Shown: positions 20,269 through 30,257, counted from the whole stretch's first letter. The stretch is 62,474 nt of DNA, filler included, from an uncultured bacterium (GCA_964449065.1; 8 parts of 8 records of this genome joined end to end with filler, not necessarily neighbours in it); one strand, 5' to 3'. Notes: generated from the letters alone by a model not told the origin. Numbers and translations: made by a program.

Positions 20269-20958
20269 CTATTGTTCCAATTCTTCCAGCACTTCTTTTT
20301 GCAATTCTTTGCCGACCGAACGGCGGCTGCGGTTGCCGTTGATGGCTTGAAAGCCGTATTTTTCTTGCAGCGTACGGTATTCAGTTTGAATTTTCCGTTG
20401 GTATTTCAAAAAGCTTTCAAACATATCTTGTGAGAGTCCTAAATCCATACCGGATTCCCAATAATCAAGGGTGGCATGTTTTTGAAAATTGCGTTCCACC
20501 AGATTTTCGGGGCTGACTTTAAGATAAAATACTTTGTCCGGCACGATGGCGATTCCGTACAACGATTCTAACCATTCCGCCGTCATACCCCGTACACGGT
20601 CGCGTGCCATAAGGGTATAGATATAGCGGTCGGCCAGAACGACATATCCCGCTTTTAATGCGGGAATGATGCGGTTTTCCAATTGATCGGCGAAATCGGT
20701 GGCGTAAAATAAACTCAGGGTTTGTTTTCCCAACACGTTGCCTTGTTTGGCGTCTTCCAATTCGGAACTGACTAAGGTTGAGCGGCGCAGACCCACATTC
20801 ACGACCGCGAAGCCGCGCTGTTCCAAAAAGTTAGTCAGGCTTTCCATTTGGGTTGAGCGTCCGGAACCGTCCGCACCTTCCACAACAATCAGTTTACCGG
20901 TTAAATCATCGGCGTTCACATTTGGAAGACCGGTGCCGTAGAATTGCTTTTTACTCAT
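20269..20958 (-). CDS. Thymidylate-kinase-like protein 2 (P-loop GADGSGRST)
   Basis: LIVVEGADGSGRSTQ and VLADRY; ATGA overlap with the upstream paralog; GGAGG RBS. Confidence 0.85.
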   Translation of the reverse strand: MSKKQFYGTGLPNVNADDLTGKLIVVEGADGSGRSTQMESLTNFLEQRGFAVVNVGLRRSTLVSSELEDAKQGNVLGKQTLSLFYATDFADQLENRIIPALKAGYVVLADRYIYTLMARDRVRGMTAEWLESLYGIAIVPDKVFYLKVSPENLVERNFQKHATLDYWESGMDLGLSQDMFESFLKYQRKIQTEYRTLQEKYGFQAINGNRSRRSVGKELQKEVLEELEQ

Positions 20959-21659
20959 GACCGTGTCCTCCAACGAAAGTTTTGCAGTTGAATTTTATTA
21001 TTTACCACTCTCCGAACATCTTCCTGCAATTCTTCGATTGTTCGGGACGAATCGATATCTTCAAACCCGAATTCATCGATCATTTGAATATAGGTTTCAT
21101 GAATTTTGCGTTGAAAAATGGAAAAACTCTCATAGGGGTCTTTTGACAGATTTAAATCCATTCCTGCCTCGTGATATTTCAGTTCGGGTCGGCCGGAAAG
21201 AATGCGGTCCAGGGCGGTTTCGAGCGGGACATTAAAAAATAGGGTGATATCCGGGATTACCGCGAAGCTGTAGAGTTTGCGCAGCCAATCTCCCGGGCAG
21301 CCGCGTACGGAATCGCGGGCAAAGGCCGTAAAAATATAGCGGTCACAAAGCACGATATAACCCGCTTTGAGAAGCGGCAGGATTTGGCGTTCATAGCGGT
21401 CGGCAAAATCCGTGCAGTGAATCAGGCTAAAGGTGGTCGGGGTTAACAGGTTTTGTTTCTTGCCCCGTTTGGTAGCTTTTTTTACGATCACGGATGAGTT
21501 CCATTCGGTAAAGAACACTTTTATGCCGGAAAGTTCCAGCCAGCGCTTAATCAAATAGATTTGCGTCGATTTGCCGGAACCGTCCAATCCTTCAACGGCG
21601 ATTAATCTGCCTTTATGCGGATTCGGTTTGAGTTGAATCGACTCAGGAATATCATTCAT
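20955..21659 (-). CDS. Thymidylate-kinase-like protein 1
   Basis: LIAVEGLDGSGKSTQ, VLCDRY and PDITLFF. Confidence 0.87.
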   Translation of the reverse strand: MNDIPESIQLKPNPHKGRLIAVEGLDGSGKSTQIYLIKRWLELSGIKVFFTEWNSSVIVKKATKRGKKQNLLTPTTFSLIHCTDFADRYERQILPLLKAGYIVLCDRYIFTAFARDSVRGCPGDWLRKLYSFAVIPDITLFFNVPLETALDRILSGRPELKYHEAGMDLNLSKDPYESFSIFQRKIHETYIQMIDEFGFEDIDSSRTIEELQEDVRRVVNNKIQLQNFRWRTRS

Positions 21660-21852
21660 AGGGTTCTCTTTATAGTTTATTTGCTTTTTGATTTATTTGC
21701 TTCTGCTAGACAATCCAAACATATTTTGTTAAGTTTTTGTTAAAAGTTTACCGCAATACCGGGTATTCACAACAGTTTTGGTGTTTCTATATCAATTTTT
21801 AACAATTCTTTGGTTATATTTTTTTATCTTACCCGAAAGGAATGGTTTCAAC

Positions 21853-23406
21853 ATGAGAACGTTACTTGTCTTAACCGTTTTGGCTTGTTGTCTGGTTGGC
21901 AATCAAGGAAATACGCAGCTTGCTATGTCTCCAGAGGAGGCCGGCATAGAGCCTATCACAGGAGATTTGTCTCCCTGGCGTGCGTTTGGTGTGGATGTCG
22001 GTAACTTTGATCAAGTATGGGTTACCGCGTTGAACAATGGGAATATCGCGTTTTTTAAACGGGGCGGGGACCCGCAAACTCCCGGTGTAATTGGCGGCTC
22101 TGAATTTTTGTTGTTTGACGCATTAGGAAATCAACTGACGTCTGCCCCGGTTCACGGTAGTTTTGAGTCGGATGGTGAACCTACCCCTTATGTGGATTTT
22201 GCCGGTACAGGCGCTGCTTGGGGCGCGTTTACGCACGGCGCCCACGCGGACCGTGCCAATGGAACCGGATTTGTTGTCCATAACCAAGGTCAAGCGGCGG
22301 AATTGTTTGGGTTGGATCATGCGGATGAAGTGGGAGACGAAGCCTTTTCGCTGCTTCAATTGTTTGACAATGAAGGCAACCCCATTGGTTCCAGCATCAA
22401 CGCGTTTGGAGGATTGACCGGCGAGCCAGGGGCGTACCGGGATATCGGGGCTGTGATACTCAGCAATGGAGACATTGTTGCCTTGGGAGAAAACCGTCAA
22501 TTTACTGATGATTTCTTGGATTCGATTGCGTCGGACGCGAACGAGGTGGTTATGGGGATTATTTTGGGCCGGGATGGTACGGTCAAGCATGGACCGTTTG
22601 CCCCTCACACCGGTGAAGATGGAATATATTTGGGCGGCAGTTCTTCAGCGGTTTTTCAAAACATGACCTCATTTGACGGCGGATTTGTCATTGACTATGG
22701 TTCAGGCATTCGTTGGTATAACAATGACGGCACACCGCGAACGCCATCGCAGCCGGATCATGCGGATGTCGAAGCGGAAGAAGTGTTTCCGGGAAGTTTC
22801 TTTTTGATGCCCGCCAATTCTGGCGGGCGGGGAGATGGTATGGCTTTGGCTAGTAACGGTGGGGATATGGTTGTGAAAAGCGTAAACATAGAAGAAGCCG
22901 GTGAGTCAATCGGCGTGTTGATTTATTACAATACCGATGGCACGGTCAACCAACTCGTTCGGTTTGACGATGTGAACATTGATGAAGAAATCCCTCAAGT
23001 GGGACGGACATTTTGTGATATGGATGAAAACGGGAATGTTTTTGTGGTGTGGGAAGACAACCGCTTTGGCGGTGGAGACCATGCCCAGGTGTTTGGTCGC
23101 TTTTTTGACGCGGCAGGCGAGCCGTTCGGTCCCAGTTTTCCTGTATTTGAAAACTGGAAGAGCGAGCCGGAGTTTGTGGATTACGGCGGGTTAGGCCAGA
23201 TTCCGGCCGGTGAGCAAGAGCAGCCTCGTTGCGCATTAAACGGACAAGCAGCGGGTGTTATTTCCGCGGCGAATATATTGCCGGATCAACCCGGAATTAT
23301 TGTTGATTTGTCTAACGCTTTTGATTTGGTTTTGACGGAAGCGACGGTGCGTATGTTCAAAAATCCATTTGCGGAAGCGGATGTTACCGAGTGGGCGTTG
23401 TACTAA
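21853..23406 (+). CDS. Secreted acidic Gly/Asp-rich hypothetical protein
   Basis: Long ORF with signal peptide MRTLLVLTVLACCLVG; ends ADVTEWALY. Confidence 0.8.
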   Translation: MRTLLVLTVLACCLVGNQGNTQLAMSPEEAGIEPITGDLSPWRAFGVDVGNFDQVWVTALNNGNIAFFKRGGDPQTPGVIGGSEFLLFDALGNQLTSAPVHGSFESDGEPTPYVDFAGTGAAWGAFTHGAHADRANGTGFVVHNQGQAAELFGLDHADEVGDEAFSLLQLFDNEGNPIGSSINAFGGLTGEPGAYRDIGAVILSNGDIVALGENRQFTDDFLDSIASDANEVVMGIILGRDGTVKHGPFAPHTGEDGIYLGGSSSAVFQNMTSFDGGFVIDYGSGIRWYNNDGTPRTPSQPDHADVEAEEVFPGSFFLMPANSGGRGDGMALASNGGDMVVKSVNIEEAGESIGVLIYYNTDGTVNQLVRFDDVNIDEEIPQVGRTFCDMDENGNVFVVWEDNRFGGGDHAQVFGRFFDAAGEPFGPSFPVFENWKSEPEFVDYGGLGQIPAGEQEQPRCALNGQAAGVISAANILPDQPGIIVDLSNAFDLVLTEATVRMFKNPFAEADVTEWALY

Positions 23407-23645
23407 TTATCTGATGCCACGCAAACGTTAGGATATGATTGGTTATTCTAATCATGCGCCGCATCTATCGCCCTCGCAAAAAGAACAAACTTTCGGCAAC
23501 GTCTCTAATTAATGTATATAATACCATTTCCAATTTGGATTGTTCACGAAAATCAAAACGGCTTCACAGATTGCTTCGTTTGATTGCCAAGGAAAAAACT
23601 TCTTTAAAACCGGTTGAATCATTATGGTTTATGGTTCTCTTCGCA

Positions 23646-23750
23646 CCCCCTCTGTCCTCCTTGCGTCGGACATCTCCCCCAAATGCTTTGGGGGAGACAA
23701 TATCTTTGTGGGAGACAATGGCTTTTGCAGGCAAGATGCCTGCACTATTA
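23646..23750. repeat. Dispersed repeat, family E core (cccctctgtcctcc...tctcccccaaatgctttgggggaga) plus a REP-B variant
   Basis: Near-identical copy at about 23955-24038; reverse copy at about 36208-36292; related core at about 20116-20148 and 62444-62474. Confidence 0.75.
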
Positions 23751-24495
23751 TGAAAACTATTTTCCGTTCCGTCATTCATAGTGAACTTTTNNNNNNNNNN
23801 NNNNNNNNNNNNNNNNNNNNNNNNNNNNNNNNNNTTAATTAATTAANNNNNNNNNNNNNNNNNNNNNNNNNNNNNNNNNNNNNNNNNNNNGGTTGCGCAT
23901 TCATTTACCGGCTGGGAGCCGGTGCTACCTGGTTATTTTGATACGCGGCCGCGCCCCCTCTGTCCTCCTGGCGTCGTACATCTCCCCCAAATGCTTTGGG
24001 GAAGACTAAGGCTTTTGCAGGTTGGAAGTCTGTACCACATTTTTTAACCGCGAATGAACGCGAATAACGACACGGGCAATTTCAGTTCATTGGGTTTCAT
24101 ACCGGTTTTATTTTGGATTATCGGGGGAAGAAAGCGTGCCGCTGGCTCGGCGGGAGCCTCGCCCTCCCAGGGTTGCGCATTCATTTACCGGCTGGGAGCC
24201 GGTGCTTCCCGGTTGTGTACGGAGAGTAGCCCTTTGGGAGAAGATAAGAGATGAGGGCGAGGAGAGCGATGGCTCCCTATGACGCAATCGTATCCGTAGA
24301 GGGCATTGATTCCAATCTTGGGGAGGGAATCCGCTTCATCAAGATTCAATGGAAACCGTATAACCCGATTTCTCATTAGTTGATTTTGCAGCGAATCTAT
24401 CACAGCAAATATGACATATCCTATTTGCTGTGATATACTTAGACAGCAGTAAATACATTGCGTTCACTCAATATCTCTATCTACCTTGAAAGACT

Positions 24496-25086
24496 ATGAA
24501 TTTCATTTTACGGGATCCCTGGACGATACGCCATCCCATTCTTTGCCGCATCGCGTTGCTTCCTATCAGTTTTCTGATTCTGCTTATCTTCTTCGCCATA
24601 CCGGCAACGACTGAGTCGTTTCGAACTACCTACGGAACGATATTCTCGCAGTATAACGTGTATGTGACCTTGCTGCTGATTCGGATTCTCCCCTTTCACG
24701 AAAATACAATTCTTACCGGCGTCAGCATTATGAGTGTGATCGGTATTTTTGTGGTGCCGCAGATCTTGTATTCGTATCACGTTCACCGCAAGCCGCGCGA
24801 GGGGCAGATTATATGGATATTCTTAATCGTATTGGCCGGATGCGTGTTTTATCATGGGCATATCTGCCGCAAGCAGTTTGAGGTTGTGATGGATATGCAT
24901 TCCAACGGACATCCGGTATCGGAGAAGGATATGTATAAGATCGCGGGCAAGCCGGTGTATTGGCGGTATGATTCGTACTCACAGAGGCTGTTGGGGTTTT
25001 ATACCGACGGAAGATCGGCGACGTACATAAAGCGGAATGAGAAAGGACATTTTGAGATTCAAACGCCGCATTTGTGGTTGGATTGA
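24496..25086 (+). CDS. Hypothetical membrane protein
   Basis: 196 aa with about 4 hydrophobic segments. Confidence 0.65.
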   Translation: MNFILRDPWTIRHPILCRIALLPISFLILLIFFAIPATTESFRTTYGTIFSQYNVYVTLLLIRILPFHENTILTGVSIMSVIGIFVVPQILYSYHVHRKPREGQIIWIFLIVLAGCVFYHGHICRKQFEVVMDMHSNGHPVSEKDMYKIAGKPVYWRYDSYSQRLLGFYTDGRSATYIKRNEKGHFEIQTPHLWLD

Positions 25087-25105
25087 GGATTATTTTACGA
25101 TTATT

Positions 25106-25291
25106 TTACGGCTTTATATTTGCTATTTTATCTTGTGTTTTTTTGTGGGGAACGATTTTCCAACCTTGAGATTCCAGGCGTTTTTCACCTTTCCGAATAT
25201 CCTCTACGATGCGGTCAAGATCATAACCATGCTCAGCAGCGTGGGCTTCTCGAATTTCCCGGACTTCATTAACAGGATCTTCTGTTTTCAT
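25106..25291 (-). CDS. Small PIN-associated putative antitoxin
   Basis: MKTEDPVNEVREIREAHAAEHGYDLDRIVEDIR; TAATG coupling to the upstream PIN gene. Confidence 0.65.
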   Translation of the reverse strand: MKTEDPVNEVREIREAHAAEHGYDLDRIVEDIRKGEKRLESQGWKIVPHKKTQDKIANIKP

Positions 25292-25657
25292 TATTCTTTC
25301 TCCATTAATTGTTGCGGTGTCCAAATTCTTGGACATTGGCGGCCAAAATCCGCGCATGTATTTTCTATCTTTGGAACAATTACCGCATTTGCAATATGCT
25401 TACAGTTCCACGTTAATAAATAGTCCATTTCATTGACAGTAGCAATCGCAATATGCAAGGCATCTTCTGCGGCTTTTGGAGGCAAATCTTTCTGCTTCGC
25501 GTATTACACTTTCAGAAACAAAGCAATCAAAATCACTTTTTCTGTGCTCCCACCATTCTCTGGTTAACGTCTGCAGTGCACTTATAATTATATCACGAGT
25601 TGGACGCCCGTTGAGATAACTTATAACCGTGGTTTCCAGATATACAGTTTCTTTTAT
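25291..25657 (-). pseudogene. PIN/VapC-family toxin remnant
   Basis: The N-part VYLETTVISYL..RP.RD...TREWW (ATA in place of a start codon) and the C-part DALHIAIA....MDYLLTWNCKHIAN are in different frames, with the middle missing. Confidence 0.75.
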
Positions 25658-25794
25658 ATTCTCGCAATCAGATCGTAATTGTTATTCTAATTTACTCCAG
25701 TATAAAGCGATTCCAAGACCAAAATTGCCACCCTTATTTTTATGGCATTTTTATGAACTGATTTGTGTGAATTCGAACACACTCCCATAAAACG

Positions 25795-25826
25795 AAAAGC
25801 CTGGGCGGTAGGGTGCCCAGGCTTTT
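25795..25826. terminator. Bidirectional intrinsic terminator downstream of the pseudopilin gene
   Basis: AAAAGCCTGGGC-8nt-GCCCAGGCTTTT. Confidence 0.8.
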
Positions 25827-25843
25827 GTATGTATACCATTCTC

Positions 25844-26470
25844 TTAGGGACCGATGGTGATAATGTCCCCGTCACTGCTGATTCCATTGGAGGGATCGTA
25901 CACCAGCTCGTTCATCAGAAAGTTGGTGTCCCGAAGCGCGTGATTGCGGGTATCGCTGAACACCGCGCCGGTGTAATCCCGTTCATCCAACTCACCATCC
26001 GAAACGCCGCTCAACCCATCGGCGGCATCGGGGCCGTAGCTGGAGAGGATGTAGTAACTCTGTCCGTTCGAGCCATAACCGTAGCCGCAATCCTTGCCGC
26101 CTCCGCGGAACGGGTCAAACGGGATGGATGTCATATAGGCAACCGGGGTGGTTAAATAGATTCGCCGGTCACCGCGTACATCCACCATAATGTGGGCGAT
26201 GTTGATGACGTTGCCGCAGGGGCTGTCATCGAGGCCCTTGTACTGCCTCCGCATACGGATGCGGTCGTTATCCATCGGGGGATAACTGTTGTTGTCAATG
26301 AAGAACATCTCCAATCCCGTTTGGATGCTCTGCATTTCCGATTCGGCTTTTGCCACCTTGGCGCGAACCTGCGCGTTGAGGAAATTGGGCACCGCGATGG
26401 CGGCCAAAATCCCGATGATGGCGACGACAATTAGTAGTTCAATCAGTGTGAAAGCTTGCAGTCTGTTCAT
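25844..26470 (-). CDS. Prepilin-type N-terminal cleavage/methylation protein (GspG/type IV pilin-like)
   Basis: MNRLQA|FTLIELLIVVAIIGILAAIAVPNF, DPF, SYGPD and YDPSNG..SDGDI; GGAGG RBS. Confidence 0.9.
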   Translation of the reverse strand: MNRLQAFTLIELLIVVAIIGILAAIAVPNFLNAQVRAKVAKAESEMQSIQTGLEMFFIDNNSYPPMDNDRIRMRRQYKGLDDSPCGNVINIAHIMVDVRGDRRIYLTTPVAYMTSIPFDPFRGGGKDCGYGYGSNGQSYYILSSYGPDAADGLSGVSDGELDERDYTGAVFSDTRNHALRDTNFLMNELVYDPSNGISSDGDIITIGP

Positions 26471-26640
26471 GTGAATCCTCCAAAAAATGTGTTGGAGGAC
26501 GCCGCGTCCTCCCGGCCTGAGCCGGGTTGCTCCGGAGCTTTGATGCTTTATGGATATAAAGCCGGTGATACATGAGCCCGGACGCGGTCTGCATGGGCTG
26601 CCCGGTATGATAGTATGATGGATAGAGTGGGCAGCGTTGA
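26471..26640 (-). promoter_or_regulatory. Structured 5' leader with mutually exclusive SD-sequestering helices (riboswitch-like)
   Basis: Three competing perfect 8-bp helices around the SD plus several upstream hairpins; no known aptamer recognised. Confidence 0.45.
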
Positions 26641-27237
26641 CCGACAACAAGTTTCTTTGATAACGTTAACACGAAAGTGGAAAAGCGTCAGCGAATTTTT
26701 GTAAAAATTTTTGTAAAAATATAGAATCTAGTACAACGTCACACATGAATTGCTGGTAGCCACGCCGTTGTTTCTCTCTTGTTAGGGAGGAGTAAGGGGG
26801 GATCGAAGCACGCTTCCAACTACGCAAAATCCCCCGGAGCCTACGGCTCCACCCCCTTATGCAAGGGGGTTGTGGCACTGCGCTAACGCTTGTGAATGAC
26901 TGATCCTACTTGTTTCATGTGGATGATTAAGTTTTCACCCATCAAAACAGCCTTGATGAAAGACTAGTACACTGACAGGCAAAACGTGTCGAGTAAGGTG
27001 AAAACCCTGTGGCTCGGCGGGAGACTCGCCCTCTCAAGCGCTCGAGCTTGATTAAGGATTGAAGGTATTCATCCGCTTTTTTCAACCGCGAATAAACGCG
27101 AATAAAGGCGCGGTTTGTTTTCGCTCTAAGCGTAGGGATAGTTTGGCTCTCAATTTTACGCGAATCCGTGCTTCCGGCTTGGCGGGAGCCTCGCCCTCTC
27201 AATTCAACCCGACATTAAGACTCTGTCAGACTAATAG

Positions 27238-27340
27238 TAGTCTGTAAGTCAAAAAATGACGGCTGGCTATCTGTTGTTTCCCCCCTTGTTAAGGGGGGTT
27301 AGGGGGGATCGACACCCGTCAATAAAACATTGACACTGTA
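27238..27340. mobile_element. MITE-like element C, empty form
   Basis: TAGTCTGTAA...TTGACACTGTA flanked by ATAG/CTAG, with an internal C-run/G-run hairpin. Confidence 0.6.
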
Positions 27341-29214
27341 CTAGTCGGATATTATGGGAATGGTAAAGCGAAACAGCGCCCCGCCTTCTTCATGATTTTG
27401 GGCAGAGATCACGCCATCATGAAAATCTTCGATGATGGAACGCACCCAGGATAGCCCCAATCCGCCGCCGCTGCTTTTGCCTTTGGTGGAGTAGCCGGAC
27501 TGAAAGACGCGGGAGATTTGATCATCCGAAAGCAGGCGGTTATCTTCATCGCGAATGCCCGGACCGTTGTCACGCAGTTCAAAACCGGCTGTGCTGTCTA
27601 TCTTTTTCAATGAAACCCATATTTTGCCTGCTTGGATGGGCGGGTCACTTTGCGCGATGGCTTGGGCGGCGTTGTTGAGTAAGTTGAACAGCGCCATCCG
27701 CAGCAAACGCGGTTCGACTAATGATGCGAGGGATTCAGGTACCGAGACTTCAATCGACAATTTTTTGGATGTGGAGCGTGTAAACAACTGCACCAAATCC
27801 CGCGTCAAAAAGGATAGGTCTACGATTTCATAGCGGGGGCTTTGGGTGTGGGCGAATGAGCGGTAGATATCGACCATTTCTTGCAGGAAATAAAGATTGC
27901 TGCCCAGGCCCTCGACCGCCTCTACATAGTATTTACCGCGCTGTTCGTCGGTTTGAACAATGCCCAATTTTTGCGCGCGGCTGATGGTATCGAGATCCCA
28001 TTTGCCGGAGGCGATGATGTTGGTGAGATCGTGCCCCATGTTGGTGGCGATATTGATGCCGAAGCGGTTGCGTTCTTCGGTCAGTGTGCGGCTGCGGCCG
28101 ATGCAGCGCGCCAGGCCGTTGGAGACTTGCTTTTCAATCTCACTGCCGATGCGCCGCAGTTCATCATGTGTAAGCCTGTGCGTATCCGGCAGAATGCACG
28201 ACAATGCCCCCACAACGTTTCCATTGTTGTTGACGGTGATTTGCAGCGGTTTGTTTTGACCGGCGGCCACCGGTTGTGTTTCCGGTTCCGGAGGAAATGG
28301 AGTCCCATTGGATAGCGGCTGCCATTGGTTTTGGGCATACAAAAACGCATCTACTTGAATGAAGGGATAGACGCTGCATATCCGTTTGGTCATCTCTTGT
28401 AAGAAGCGGGTTACGACTTCGCGGTCATCGGCGATGTGGTGGAGTTGATCGACGGTTTGATCGACTTCGAGGCTGAAGAAGACTTCGCGCTGGGTGCGCA
28501 TAAGTTGGTTAAAGGCTTTTTCGGTTTCGTTGCGGGGGTTCTCGATTAACGAGACATTGCCGGTGCGGATAATGCGTTCGATGCCTTCATCGACTTTGAT
28601 CAGCGGGCGGATGACCATGTGGGATAGCGAGAAATAGATGATCCACGAACCGATGACAAACAGGGCCGCGTAGAGTTTGTAGCGAAAGGCCAGTTCCTCA
28701 ATGGCATCAATATCTTGGGGGGTTGCGTACTCAACAGACAGTTGAAGGTTGGGAGTAACCACGTTGGCGGAGAAGGATTGAGAAAATAAACTGNNNNNNN
28801 NNNGTTCTCCCAGGTGTTAAGGCGCTTCATCTTCTCGGGGTCCCGTATTTCAAAAAGAACTTCGTCCTTTTCATTTGTGAGTGTTAATCCGATCCAAGGA
28901 TTATCGCCTGCAATAATTTCATTAATTTTGGTTGTATTTTTTATGAAGTAGTTGTAAGCGATTTCAGTGTAATCCGGGTTTCTTTCATCCGAATTTCGGG
29001 GCCTGTTCACATAGTTGGTTAAATATTTTTTGATATTTGCAATTTCTTCATCGTTCAATATTTCAATCCATTGTTGTCCCGATTCGAAGATGGCCGTCCG
29101 CTTTTTGTTGTGAAAGAAATTATCCAGAAAAAGAAGGAAGAAGATATCAAACGCAATGACAAACACGATGGGAATGAATCGAAGCCAAAAACTGCGGGAG
29201 AAGAAAAAACTCAT
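27341..29214 (-). CDS. Membrane sensor histidine kinase (split only by the 10-N gap at 28794-28803)
   Basis: Two TM segments, HAMP-like RPL, H-box GHDLTN, N-box NLLNNA, DNGPGI, F.SGYSTK and GGGLGL. Confidence 0.88.
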
Positions 29215-29226
29215 AGCGGCTGCTTT

Positions 29227-29931
29227 CTAGGCCAATTCGCGGGCGCGTTGAATGGTTTGATCGAACATCGCTTGCGTCAAACGGCCCGTGAAAGTGTTTT
29301 GCTGCGATACATGATAGCACCCCAACAGCGAAAGTTGACCGAAATTCACTTCGGCTTGATGGCCGAATGGCGGTTTGGGTTTGGGGATTTTTATGCCTTC
29401 CACATCCAACAATTTTAGCGCGGCATTCCACGCGATGCCGCCCAGCGTTAACAAAACCTTGCATTGTTTGAGGGCATGAAATTCTTGGCGGAGATATTCT
29501 TCGCAGTTTGCCAATTGCTGTTTCGCCGGTTTATTCGCGGGAGGGGCACAGCGTAATGCCGCGGAGATATACACGCCATCCAAAGTCAAACCATCGTCCT
29601 TTGAGACCGCAACGGCCTGATTGGCAAGACCGTTGCGGTGCAAACCGGCGTATAAGAAGTCGCCGCTGCGGTCGCCGGTAAACATGCGGCCGGTGCGGTT
29701 GGCACCATGTGCCGCGGGTGCCAATCCAAGTATCCACAGCCAGGCGTTGGGGTCGCCGAAGCCGGATACCGGTTTCGCGTGGTAATCCCAGTCTTGATAA
29801 GCTTTGCGTTTTTCTTGGCCGATTCGTTTGCAATAGTCGCGCAGTTCCGGGCAGCGTTCGCAGCGCAGGACGCGGTTGTGGATTTGGCGTAAAGGAGATT
29901 TGGCCAAAAATTCAGAATGAATAAAAGACAT
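29227..29931 (-). CDS. Uracil-DNA glycosylase, family 5 (Fe-S)
   Basis: C.RCP.L, GLAPAAHGANRTGRMFTGD.SG, RCAPPANKP and YHVSQQNT.TGRLT. Confidence 0.92.
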   Translation of the reverse strand: MSFIHSEFLAKSPLRQIHNRVLRCERCPELRDYCKRIGQEKRKAYQDWDYHAKPVSGFGDPNAWLWILGLAPAAHGANRTGRMFTGDRSGDFLYAGLHRNGLANQAVAVSKDDGLTLDGVYISAALRCAPPANKPAKQQLANCEEYLRQEFHALKQCKVLLTLGGIAWNAALKLLDVEGIKIPKPKPPFGHQAEVNFGQLSLLGCYHVSQQNTFTGRLTQAMFDQTIQRARELA

Positions 29932-30099
29932 AATTGAAATCAAAAACAAGTGGGTTCACACTATTCTTTGCTTTATTAAAACCGTTTCCATTTTGGATGG
30001 TAGAGTAAGCGCGGCGATTAGGCTCAGCGGAAGAATGACTTAGCGGTCGTATTCGTGAGTGATCCAAAATAGAATGAGTCGTATGTAGAAGTAACAATT

Positions 30100-30188
30100 C
30101 GGAGGGGGTGGGATTCGAACCCACGAAACGCTTCCACGTTTACACGATTTCCAATCGTGCTCCTTCGGCCAGACTCGGACACCCCTCC
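30100..30188 (-). tRNA. tRNA-Ser (GGA)
   Basis: GGAGGGG/CCCCTCC acceptor stem, CACGA-TTGGAAA-TCGTG anticodon arm, long variable arm and GGTTCGAATCC. CCA is not encoded. Confidence 0.95.
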
Positions 30189-30257
30189 ACGAGGTTTGCA
30201 AACTTTAAATCGTAGCCGATGACGCAAAATGGTAAAGCCGGATATCACATGAATAGT

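Noticed and set aside
23439..24403. Small ORFs in intergenic regions (also about 26666-27247, 36156-36532 and 37347-37535)
   Set aside because: They overlap REP/MITE palindromes and show no protein-like signature.
28600..29214. Apparent frameshift splitting the histidine kinase
   Set aside because: The frame change coincides with a 10-N scaffold gap (28794-28803).
30024..30248. tRNA genes as island integration sites
   Set aside because: No integrase or duplicated tRNA 3' end was found on either contig.
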